Source of the DNA: an uncultured Fibrobacterota bacterium
GTDB lineage: Bacteria; Fibrobacterota; Chitinivibrionia; Chitinivibrionales; FEN-1185
Assembly: GCA_963729895.1 (NCBI GenBank)
Contig: CAVSQB010000028.1
Span: 128,001-192,000 of the forward strand
Direction of reading: 5' to 3'
Length of the DNA stretch: 64,000 bases
Positions 30,911 through 39,838 of this stretch are shown here, in pieces (the first letter of the stretch is position 1; each line of letters begins with the position of its first letter). The notes under the pieces were generated by a model, which saw only the letters and a list, made by a program, of their open reading frames with translations, had not been told where the DNA came from and did no database searches. Made by a program: the position numbers and the translations under genes.

Positions 30911-32109
30911 TAGCGGTTCTCGTTATCGGAATCTGCTCCCCCCTGTTTGCAAAAAACAACAAGAAAGCTGTTGCCCCAAGGCCGGCCCCGAGCGTCGATT
31001 ACGAAAAAAAAATCGAAGAAAAGAACGTCGCGCTCGATTCCATCAAGACTGAGCTTGAAAAAGGCAGGGAGAGACTGCGCCAACTCCAGAACCAGGAAGG
31101 AACGGTGGTTGCCCAGCTTGAACAGGTTGAGAAGAACATTGCGATATCGGAAAATTACCTGCGCCGTATGGCCGCAAAGATCGACTCCGTGTCGCACTCG
31201 ATTATCCACCTCGGCGGACAGCTTGATTCCGCAACCATGGAACTGGCGTGGCGACAGTCCGTCATGAAGAAACGGCTACGCGCCATGTACAAGGCGGGAC
31301 CGGCGGACCTGCCGCGGCTCATGCTTTCCTCGCGCAGCGTGTCGGACATGCTCCACCGCGCGCGGTACTTCCGGGAACTCATCCGGTACGACCGGCAGCT
31401 TGTGGCGAACATTGACACAACGAGAAGGAAGATAGAAACAAGCAAGGCCGCGCTCGAACGCGAAGAAAAACGGCTCACGCTTCTCAAACGCGACAAGGAG
31501 ACCGAGCATGAGGCCTTTGTGGCCGAGCAGTCGTCGCACGAAAAGCTGCTCGGCGAGGTCCGGTCGCAAAAAGAAGCCTATGTCAAGATGATACGGGAGC
31601 TCGAGGCCGCGCAAAAAGAGCTGCAGAACATCGTCGCCATACTCGAGAAGAACAGGCGCTCCAAGGTCCGCACTCCCTACGAGCGAAGCCTGAACGCCAC
31701 GTTCGAAAAGAACAAAGGCAGGCTGCCATGGCCCGTGGACGGGAACGTTGTCACCGATTTCGGCAAGGTGGTGCATTCGGTGTACAAGACCGTTACCATG
31801 AACACGGGCGTCGACATCAGCGCGTCAAAAGGGGAAAAGGTGTATTGTGTCGCATCCGGAAAGGTTGCCTACGTGGGCTGGATGCGCGGCCTGGGCAAGA
31901 TCGTGATTGTGGACCACGGCGGCTACTACACCACTTATGCGCGGCTCGAAGAGGCGCTCGCCACCAAAGACGAAAAAGTGGAAAGCGGCTCGGCGCTCGG
32001 CCTGGTCGGCGAGCCGAACCCGTTTGAGGAGCCAAGGCTCCATTTTGAGATCAGGAAGTCGACCGAGGCAATGGATCCCGTGGAGTGGCTGGAGAAGAAG
32101 AAAAAATAG
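30865..32109 (+). CDS. envC: Murein hydrolase activator EnvC-like (coiled coil + M23)
   Basis: GTG 30865 after AGGAG, signal peptide, long coiled coil, KGRLPWPV, LHFEIR. Confidence 0.85.
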   Translation: MYRKHERGSQIPRLLIAVLVIGICSPLFAKNNKKAVAPRPAPSVDYEKKIEEKNVALDSIKTELEKGRERLRQLQNQEGTVVAQLEQVEKNIAISENYLRRMAAKIDSVSHSIIHLGGQLDSATMELAWRQSVMKKRLRAMYKAGPADLPRLMLSSRSVSDMLHRARYFRELIRYDRQLVANIDTTRRKIETSKAALEREEKRLTLLKRDKETEHEAFVAEQSSHEKLLGEVRSQKEAYVKMIRELEAAQKELQNIVAILEKNRRSKVRTPYERSLNATFEKNKGRLPWPVDGNVVTDFGKVVHSVYKTVTMNTGVDISASKGEKVYCVASGKVAYVGWMRGLGKIVIVDHGGYYTTYARLEEALATKDEKVESGSALGLVGEPNPFEEPRLHFEIRKSTEAMDPVEWLEKKKK

Positions 32110-32131
32110 CGGCGGGTCCGCGCTCCAAGAT

Positions 32132-32220
32132 AATAGATGTCTGGATTGCTGAGCGGGTGCAGCGTGGGTGTACCCGATGCAAGGCCGAATCTTCTGCTGC
32201 GCGCACCCAAGAGGCGCCCG
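32132..32220 (+). repeat. Structured repeat family 2 copy
   Basis: TCTGGATTGCTGAGCGGGTGCAGCG...CTGCTGCGCGCACCC. Confidence 0.8.
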
Positions 32221-32262
32221 ATTACCCGGATCGCAACAGACCATCAGCAAGTGGTTTATTTG

Positions 32263-32292
32263 TTGACAAATTGGTAGAAACATGCCTATTTT
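32263..32292 (+). promoter_or_regulatory. Putative promoter upstream of holB
   Basis: TTGACA-18 bp-TATTTT. Confidence 0.6.
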
Positions 32293-32545
32293 AGATGGTT
32301 GATGTTTGCATTGACCGCTGGATTGAGGGATGGAAGATTGCGGGCTGCTCACTGGGGTGTATCCCGCAAGGGGACTTCCAAGGGTCGCATCCAGTGGTAA
32401 TCGCGGTCCTTGCAGCTTGCTGCGAGGTTCTTCAATTTTGAGAGGTCTCATCGGTTCGGTAAAGATTTCGCGCGGAAGGAATAAAAAATCCTTTCGGAAA
32501 CAAACCATTGCGCCGCCATTCGACAAACCCTGACAGGTATTCCTC

Positions 32546-33742
32546 TTGGCCGAAAAAACTGTAAATTGGAAAAATTTGGTTGCCCAAGACCGGGTGAAAG
32601 AGATGCTGAGTTCCGCGTACCATTCCGGCAATCTTGGTCATGCGTATTTGTTCTGCGGAGATGCCGGTGTTGGCAAGTTTGCAGCCGCACTCGATCTTGC
32701 GCTTGCGATATTGTGCAAGAGCGAGGGGAGCGTTCCGTGTTACACGTGCGCGCAGTGCCGTAGAGCGCTCACCAACAACCATCCCGATCTCCACGTCATT
32801 TTTCCGATTCTTCTTGATGATAGTCATAAGTCGGGCAACGATTTGAACCAAAAGGGATGGGAATTCATTGCGTCCGTTATACCGAAGAGGATACATTCGC
32901 CTTATGTGCCGGTTTCCTATGAAGACGAGAATATTGACAAATCAGCTTTGCATAAGGTTCCGGCAATTCCAGTCGAATGGATTAAGGAGGTGAATGACGG
33001 TATTCTGCGCGGGGCGGTTGAGGGCGAGCGCACAGTCACTATCTTCTGTGATGTGGACACTATGAATGTTTATTCCGCAAACGCCATGCTCAAGACCCTG
33101 GAAGAGCCGCCGGCAAATACGTATATGTTTCTTACGACAAACAATCCAAGTGCAGTGCTGCCCACAATCGCTTCGCGTTGCCAGACCGTCCGTTTTGGAC
33201 ATGTTCCTGCACAGCAAATCAAACAGGAGCTCATGACCGCCTTTGGAACTGTCGTCAATGAAACGGGAATCACAAACGCGGTATTCTATTCAATGGGGTC
33301 TTTGGGTCGCGCTCTGGTTCAACTTGAAACCGAAAAATCGACAGACGGTGTCAAAACCCTTCAGGAAACCGCTCAGCAGGTGAAAGAATTGTGGAATGTG
33401 TGCTGTTCCGGGGACTGGCCCGCAACAACACCCTTACTGGACCGAATTTTCAAGGAAAGAAATCTTGCCGTTCATGAGCAGTTTCTTGGATTCATGCAAT
33501 ATATAATTAGAAACACCTATTTACAGAAAACGGGGTGTTCTGAGAATTATTTTGATCCCGGCAGCATTCTCGCCGATTCGAAAGGCATACTTTCTGATCC
33601 GGTTGGAAGCGATCGGCTCATGCACGCGTGCAATGATGCGCTTTCAAGCGTCAAAAGAAATGGTAATATAGCTGTTATTTTCGTCAATTTCGTCATGAAG
33701 ATCATGGAGTTGTGCAATGTCGAAGAACAGCAAATTGGTTGA
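32546..33742 (+). CDS. holB: DNA polymerase III delta' subunit
   Basis: HAYLFCG..GVGK, Zn finger C..C..C..C, HPDL, ANAMLKTLEEP, LPTIASRC. Confidence 0.88.
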   Translation: MAEKTVNWKNLVAQDRVKEMLSSAYHSGNLGHAYLFCGDAGVGKFAAALDLALAILCKSEGSVPCYTCAQCRRALTNNHPDLHVIFPILLDDSHKSGNDLNQKGWEFIASVIPKRIHSPYVPVSYEDENIDKSALHKVPAIPVEWIKEVNDGILRGAVEGERTVTIFCDVDTMNVYSANAMLKTLEEPPANTYMFLTTNNPSAVLPTIASRCQTVRFGHVPAQQIKQELMTAFGTVVNETGITNAVFYSMGSLGRALVQLETEKSTDGVKTLQETAQQVKELWNVCCSGDWPATTPLLDRIFKERNLAVHEQFLGFMQYIIRNTYLQKTGCSENYFDPGSILADSKGILSDPVGSDRLMHACNDALSSVKRNGNIAVIFVNFVMKIMELCNVEEQQIG

Positions 33743-34556
33743 GGTGGTGTTCAAGGGAGAACGCCGCGCCATCTACCGGAACAGAAACGAGATTGACATC
33801 AACGAGGGCGATGCGGTGGTGGTCGAAGCCGAGCGCGGCGAGGACCTGGGACGCGTCTCGCTCGTTGGCGCTCTTGTCAAGCTCAAGCGCGGCAAGGGCG
33901 ACGCAAAGGGCATCGTACGCATGGCCATCGATAAAGACATGAACCAGCACAATGCGAACCTGGCGAAGGAAAACGACGCGTACAAAGTCTGTAGGGAGAA
34001 GATCAAGCACTACAATCTCGACATGAAGCTCGTGGACGTCGAGATGCAGTTCGATGGGAGCAAGATCACCTTTTATTTCACCGCGGCCCAGCGGGTCGAC
34101 TTCCGGGAACTGGTGAAGGACCTCGCATCTGTCTATCGTACGCGCATCGAGCTGCGGCAGATCGGCGTTCGCGACGAGGCGAAACGGGTGAGTGGCTTCG
34201 GCATTTGCGGCCGCAAGCAGTGCTGCAGCGCGTTTCTCAACGAGTTCGAGCAGATCAACACCCAGATGGCCAAAGACCAGCAGATATCGCTCAATCCCTC
34301 CAAGATTTCGGGGAACTGCGGCAGGCTGCTCTGCTGCCTCCGCTACGAAAAAGAATTCTACCAGGCCGTGTTCAAGGAATACCCCCCCATCGAAAGCAAA
34401 GTGAAAATTACGGGAAAAGACGGAAAAGAGAAAGACGGCGTACTTACCTTTATCAACGTATTCAAGGACGTGGGCCAGGTGCGGTATGCGGACGGTACCG
34501 ACGAATGGCTCGCCCCGGAGGAGCTGATGAGAGGCCGCGTGAGTAATGACAAATAA
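33717..34556 (+). CDS. PSP1/RicT (YaaT)-family protein
   Basis: RVDFRELVKDLA, ELRQIGVRDEA, GICGR..CC, KISG.CGRLLCCL.YE. Confidence 0.93.
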   Translation: MSKNSKLVEVVFKGERRAIYRNRNEIDINEGDAVVVEAERGEDLGRVSLVGALVKLKRGKGDAKGIVRMAIDKDMNQHNANLAKENDAYKVCREKIKHYNLDMKLVDVEMQFDGSKITFYFTAAQRVDFRELVKDLASVYRTRIELRQIGVRDEAKRVSGFGICGRKQCCSAFLNEFEQINTQMAKDQQISLNPSKISGNCGRLLCCLRYEKEFYQAVFKEYPPIESKVKITGKDGKEKDGVLTFINVFKDVGQVRYADGTDEWLAPEELMRGRVSNDK

Positions 34557-36555
34557 GAACAGCGGCGCTGCCGCCACCTACCTGGTCACGGGCGCGCTGC
34601 CCTATGCCAACGGCGATATTCACCTGGGGCACCTGCTCGAAGCGGTGCAGACCGACATTTTCGTGCGCTTCCAGAAACTGCGGGGCAACCGCGCGGTATA
34701 CGTGTGCGCCGACGACACGCACGGCACCGCCATTCAGATTAACGCCATGAAGCGCGGCGTCACGCCGCAGCAGTTGATTTCCGAAATGTGGCAGCGCCAC
34801 GCGTCGGACTATGCCGGCTTCAACATCGGGTTCGACATCTTCTACACCACCGATTCGCCGGAAAACCGTTTCTACGCGGAACTCATTTACAGGAGCCTGC
34901 GCGACAAAGGGCTTATTGAAAAAAAAGAAATATCGCAATACTTCTGCGAAACCGACGGCAGGTTTCTGCCCGACCGGTTCATCAAGGGCACATGCCCCAA
35001 ATGTGGCGCGGAAGACCAGTATGGCGATGTATGCGAAACGTGCGGGTCCACGTACGATCCGACGGACCTGAAATCGCCTTCCTGCATCACCTGCGGAAAA
35101 ACGCCGGTGCTTCGGGCCTCCACGCACTTGTACGTCCAGCTTGCTAAATGCGAACAGTTTCTCCGCGATTATACCTTGTCTTCCGACGCCCTCGCCGACG
35201 AAATAAAGAACTTTGTGCGCACGTGGATCGACGGCGGTCTCAAGGAATGGTGCATATCGCGCGACGGCCCGTATTTCGGGTTTGAAATCCCGGACATGAA
35301 GAACAAGTTTTTTTACGTGTGGCTCGACGCGCCTATCGGCTACCTTTCGTCAACAAAGAAGTGGTGCGACGAGCACAAGGAATCCGTCGGCGCGTTCTGG
35401 AGCCCCGGGTCCGGTTCGAGGCTGGTGCACTTCATCGGCAAGGACATCGTCTATTTCCACACCTTGTTCTGGCCCGTGATGCTCGACAGCGCCGGATTCA
35501 GGCTCCCGTCAAAGATCTTCGTCCATGGATTTCTGTCCGTTGCGGGCGAGAAGATGTCCAAGAGCCGCGGGACATTCATCCTTGCGCGGGATTTCCTCGA
35601 CAACGTGAAGCACCCGCAGGCCGCGGAATTCCTCCGGTTCTATTTCGGCTCAAAGCTGTCGGGCACGGCGCTCGACCTCGATTTCAACATTGATGAATTT
35701 GTCAATCGTGCCAATACCACCCTGTCCAACAACATCGGAAATTTGCACCACAGGACATTCGTATTCTGCGACCGGTATTTCGGGTCGGGCATCCCCGACG
35801 CGCCGTGGGACCCCGAGATTGCCGCACGTGTCGCCGGCGAGGGAGCTGCCATTGCGGAGGAATTCGAACGCACCGATTACAAGTCGGTAATCGAGCGGAT
35901 ACAGGCGCTGGGCGCTCTCGGCAACAAATACTACCAGGATTCCAAGCCGTGGGAGCTTGTCAAGACCGATCATGCAGCTGCGGCAGCGGTCATGGTGACG
36001 TGCGCAAACCTTGTCCGGTCGATCGCGGTGTTTCTCAAGCCCATTGTTCCCGGCTTCTGCGCAAAGGTCGAGGCCCAGTTCGGGACGACGTTTGCATGGC
36101 AGGACCACAGATTTTCATTGCGGAAAGTGAAGCTCGGAGCGACGGAAAAACTCGTCGTTCCCATCGAGCGCGCAATGCTCGATGCGCTGTTCGGAGGTGC
36201 ACAGGCCGCCGCGCCGGCCACGCAGCAAGAAACCGGGATCGACATCTCCGTGTTCAAGTCGCTCGATTTCCGCGTGGGCGTAGTGAAGCAGGCCCAGAAG
36301 ATCGAAAAATCCCAGAAGCTGCTCAAGCTGATGGTAGACACAGGGGAATCGACCATGCAGATCGTAGCGGGCATTGCGCAGTCGTATCCGCCGGAGGCGC
36401 TTGTGGGGAAGCAGGTGGTGGTGGTGGCGAACCTGAAGGCCGCCACGGTGATGGGAGTCAGGTCGGAGGGGATGCTTCTTGCCGCGCTCGAAAACGGCGC
36501 ATTATCCATAGTGCAGCCCGACAGGCCGGTTACCCCCGGCTCGAAAGTGTCGTGA
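34546..36555 (+). CDS. metG: Methionyl-tRNA synthetase
   Basis: ALPYANG..HLGH, Zn knuckles, YVWLDAP, KMSKS, C-terminal tRNA-binding domain. Confidence 0.98.
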   Translation: MTNKNSGAAATYLVTGALPYANGDIHLGHLLEAVQTDIFVRFQKLRGNRAVYVCADDTHGTAIQINAMKRGVTPQQLISEMWQRHASDYAGFNIGFDIFYTTDSPENRFYAELIYRSLRDKGLIEKKEISQYFCETDGRFLPDRFIKGTCPKCGAEDQYGDVCETCGSTYDPTDLKSPSCITCGKTPVLRASTHLYVQLAKCEQFLRDYTLSSDALADEIKNFVRTWIDGGLKEWCISRDGPYFGFEIPDMKNKFFYVWLDAPIGYLSSTKKWCDEHKESVGAFWSPGSGSRLVHFIGKDIVYFHTLFWPVMLDSAGFRLPSKIFVHGFLSVAGEKMSKSRGTFILARDFLDNVKHPQAAEFLRFYFGSKLSGTALDLDFNIDEFVNRANTTLSNNIGNLHHRTFVFCDRYFGSGIPDAPWDPEIAARVAGEGAAIAEEFERTDYKSVIERIQALGALGNKYYQDSKPWELVKTDHAAAAAVMVTCANLVRSIAVFLKPIVPGFCAKVEAQFGTTFAWQDHRFSLRKVKLGATEKLVVPIERAMLDALFGGAQAAAPATQQETGIDISVFKSLDFRVGVVKQAQKIEKSQKLLKLMVDTGESTMQIVAGIAQSYPPEALVGKQVVVVANLKAATVMGVRSEGMLLAALENGALSIVQPDRPVTPGSKVS

Positions 36556-36563
36556 GGTCGGTG

Positions 36564-38282
36564 ATGCAACCATCCATGCGTGCGGCACAAGAGACGATTG
36601 TCGTGAGACCCGCCGAAAAGGAAGCGGTGCGCAGCCTGGCGGCCGATCTTGGGGTCTCCATGACGGTGGCAACCATTCTCAACGTGCGGGGATTTACGTC
36701 CGCAGACGAATGCGCGCGCTTCTTTTCCCCCGAGCAGTCGCAGTTCCACGATCCGTTCCTGTTTAAGGACATGGAAAAATCCTGCGACCGCATTTGCGCG
36801 GCAATCCGCGACCGTGAGAAAATGTTTATTTACGGGGATTACGATGTCGATGGCGTGACGTCCACCGCACTGCTCATCCGCCTGCTTCGCCAGTTCGGCG
36901 CGGACTGCGACTACTATCTTCCCAACAGATTGACGGAAGGTTACGGGCTGTCCGCCGAAGGCGTCCGCGCCATCGCGCAGCAGGGCGGTCGCGTCATTGT
37001 CTCGGTCGACTGCGGCATCACCGCGTGCGAGGAAGTTGCGCTCGCCCGGACGCTCGGCATCGACGTGATCATCACCGACCATCACGAGCCCAAGCGGAGC
37101 GTGCCGGCCGCATTCGCCGTGCTCGATCCCAAGCTTGACTCGTGCGGCTATCCCGACGATTCCCTTGCGGGCGTGGGCGTGGCGCTCAAACTGGCGCAGG
37201 GACTCGTGCGGCGCATCGGCGGGACCGACGATCTGTGGAGCAGGTACCTTGACCTTGCCGCGGTGGGGACCGCTGCGGACATTGTCCCGCTGACGGGCGA
37301 GAACAGGATCATTGCGCACATCGGCTTCGGCCAGCTGTCGTATACCAGAAACGAAGGGCTCAAGGCGCTGCTTGCCGTCCAGGACTGCGACGGCAAGAGC
37401 CTGTCGACCGGCGACGTGGTGTTCCGCATCGCGCCGAGCATCAACGCCGTGGGGCGCCTGGGCGATCCGCGGCGCGGCGTGGAATTGCTCCTAACCGACG
37501 ATCCGGCGCTCGCCGGTCTTTACGCGCGGGAACTCAAGGAAGCCAATATCGAGCGCCGCGCGCTCGACGGCCACATTCAGGAGGAGGCCTTTGCCTGGGT
37601 GGAGGAGAACTGCGATCCCGACGCCGACTTTGCGATTGTGGCCGGGTCGCGTTCCTGGCATTGCGGGGTGGTGGGCATCGTGGCGTCCAAGGTGGTGGAA
37701 CGGTATCACCGGCCCGCGATCCTGTTTGCAATAGGGGAAAACGGCACGGCGCGGGGTTCGGGCCGGAGCATTGCCGGGTTCCATCTGCACGATGCACTCA
37801 CCGAGTGCGGAGAACTGCTCGAAGCCTTCGGCGGCCACGCTGCGGCCGCGGGCATGACCATCAAAGAGGAAAATCTTGCGGCCTTCAGGTCGAAGTTCAA
37901 CCAAATCGCGCACGACAAGCTCACGCCGTTCGATCTGGTGCCGAAGGTCACGGCCGACGCAGAGGTCCGCCTGGCCGACCTCACGCCGGAATTCTTTTCC
38001 ATCCTCAAGAAAATGGAACCGTTCGGGCCCGGCAACATGCGGCCCGTTCTGGTGTGCCGGAATGTTTCCAACCGGTTCGATCCGCGGATCGTGGGCGGCA
38101 AGCACCTCAAGATGATGGTGCGGGAGGGCGGCGCGTCGCTCGACGCGATTGCGTTCAACTTCGGCGACCGTATTGCCGACGTGGTCCGCGCGCCCGCGTA
38201 CACCATCGCCTTCTGTCTTGACGAAAACGAATGGAACGGAAAGAAAAGCCTTCAGCTGAAGGTGAGGGGAGTGGAAGTATGA
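36564..38282 (+). CDS. recJ: ssDNA exonuclease RecJ
   Basis: YGDYDVDG, VDCG, TDHH, GGHAAAAG, EPFGPGN. Confidence 0.96.
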   Translation: MQPSMRAAQETIVVRPAEKEAVRSLAADLGVSMTVATILNVRGFTSADECARFFSPEQSQFHDPFLFKDMEKSCDRICAAIRDREKMFIYGDYDVDGVTSTALLIRLLRQFGADCDYYLPNRLTEGYGLSAEGVRAIAQQGGRVIVSVDCGITACEEVALARTLGIDVIITDHHEPKRSVPAAFAVLDPKLDSCGYPDDSLAGVGVALKLAQGLVRRIGGTDDLWSRYLDLAAVGTAADIVPLTGENRIIAHIGFGQLSYTRNEGLKALLAVQDCDGKSLSTGDVVFRIAPSINAVGRLGDPRRGVELLLTDDPALAGLYARELKEANIERRALDGHIQEEAFAWVEENCDPDADFAIVAGSRSWHCGVVGIVASKVVERYHRPAILFAIGENGTARGSGRSIAGFHLHDALTECGELLEAFGGHAAAAGMTIKEENLAAFRSKFNQIAHDKLTPFDLVPKVTADAEVRLADLTPEFFSILKKMEPFGPGNMRPVLVCRNVSNRFDPRIVGGKHLKMMVREGGASLDAIAFNFGDRIADVVRAPAYTIAFCLDENEWNGKKSLQLKVRGVEV

Positions 38283-39649
38283 CCATGTGGAACGGGCGCT
38301 TCTCCAAACAGTCGGCACAGCTGATGGAAGCGTTCAACAACTCGCTTCCCGTGGACCGGCACCTGATCCGGGAGGACGTGGAAGGCAGCATCGCCTGGGC
38401 CGGGGCTCTGCACAAGGCCGGCATCTTGTCAAAGAAGGAATACCGTTCAATCGAACGGGGGTTGCGCGCCATCATCGAGGACTACGGGCGCGGAAAGGTC
38501 CGCTTTTACGAATCGGACGAAGACGTCCACATGGCCATCGAACGCCTGCTCGCCGAGAGGATCGGTGCATCCGGCGAAAAACTCCACACCGGACGCTCGC
38601 GAAACGACCAGGTTGTCACCGACGTGCGTATGTACGTGATGCGTCGCATACAAGGTCTGCTCACACGCCTCACCCTGCTGCAGAAAGCGCTGTACCTACG
38701 CGCCGAAAGAGACCTGGCCGTGATTGCCCCCGCGTTTACACACCTTCAGCAGGCGCAGCCCATCGTGTTGTCGCAGTATTGGCTCTCCCTCGTGTTCGCG
38801 CTGGAGCGGGAAAAGGTCAGGTTTGCAAATGCGGCATCCGGCGCGGATCTCATGCCGCTCGGCAGCGGTGCGGTTGCCGGAAGCGGTTTTCCCGTCGACA
38901 GGGATTTTCTTGCGGCAAAGCTCGGGTTCTCAAAGGTGTCGGAAAACAGCATTGACGGCGTGGCGTCGCGCGATTTTATCCTCGAAACGCTGTCGTGCTG
39001 CGTTTCGGCCGCGGTCCTGCTGTCGCGCTACGCCGAAGACCTCATTATCTGGTCGTCGAAGGAATTCGGGTTCGTGGAGCTCGACGAGGCGTGGTCGACC
39101 GGTTCCAGTATGATGCCGCAGAAGAAGAACCCGGATTCGCTTGAACTCATCCGCGGCAAGACCGGGCGGTTCATCGGCAATTACACCCGCTTTGCGACAA
39201 CCCTCAAGGGAGTCGGTCTGGCGTATTACAAAGATTTGCAGGAAGACAAGGAGCCGCTGTTCGACAGCCTGCGCCAGTTGAGCATGGTATGCGAGGTGTT
39301 TACGGCGGTCTTTGCAACGCTTACCGTGAATGCGGATGCAATGGCACAGGATCTTGATCCCTTGCTTTTCGCCACCGACGTCGCCGATTATCTTGTGTCA
39401 AAGGGCATGCCGTTCCGCAGCGCGCACAAGGTGGTGGGAAAAATCGTGGCGCACTGCATTGCGAAAAAAGTCCGGCTGCACGACGTACCCGTTGCGCAAT
39501 TCCGGGAATTCTCCCGTTTGTTCGGCCCCGATGTCAAGAAGGTCTTTTCATGGGAGCACGCGATTGCTCACCGGAATAGCGCCGGGGGAACGGGCCTGGG
39601 GAGCGTTCGGAGGCAGCTTGCGCAGGCGAAGAAATTGGTGGGGAAATAA
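38279..39649 (+). CDS. argH: Argininosuccinate lyase
   Basis: MWNGRF, LHTGRSRNDQ, GSSMMPQKKNPD. Confidence 0.97.
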   Translation: MTMWNGRFSKQSAQLMEAFNNSLPVDRHLIREDVEGSIAWAGALHKAGILSKKEYRSIERGLRAIIEDYGRGKVRFYESDEDVHMAIERLLAERIGASGEKLHTGRSRNDQVVTDVRMYVMRRIQGLLTRLTLLQKALYLRAERDLAVIAPAFTHLQQAQPIVLSQYWLSLVFALEREKVRFANAASGADLMPLGSGAVAGSGFPVDRDFLAAKLGFSKVSENSIDGVASRDFILETLSCCVSAAVLLSRYAEDLIIWSSKEFGFVELDEAWSTGSSMMPQKKNPDSLELIRGKTGRFIGNYTRFATTLKGVGLAYYKDLQEDKEPLFDSLRQLSMVCEVFTAVFATLTVNADAMAQDLDPLLFATDVADYLVSKGMPFRSAHKVVGKIVAHCIAKKVRLHDVPVAQFREFSRLFGPDVKKVFSWEHAIAHRNSAGGTGLGSVRRQLAQAKKLVGK

Positions 39650-39666
39650 GACCGCAATAAAGATTT

Positions 39667-39807
39667 CACCACGGAGACACGGAGGATTATGGGAGATTGC
39701 CGCGTCGCTACGCTCCTCGCAATGACGTTAAGGTAATAAATGCGGGTCTAATCTTGGATTTTCAATTCTTTTATCTTTTCTCCGTGCTCTCCGTGCCTCC
39801 GTGGTGA
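39667..39807. repeat. Palindromic element CACCACGGAGACACGGAG...CTCCGTGCCTCCGTGGTG with nested GAGATTGC...CTCGCAATGAC unit (39693-39726)
   Basis: Near-perfect 18-bp inverted arms between convergent argH and uvrA. Confidence 0.7.
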
Positions 39808-39838
39808 GTTTTGTTTTCTTACCGTCTGTGTGTCTCGC

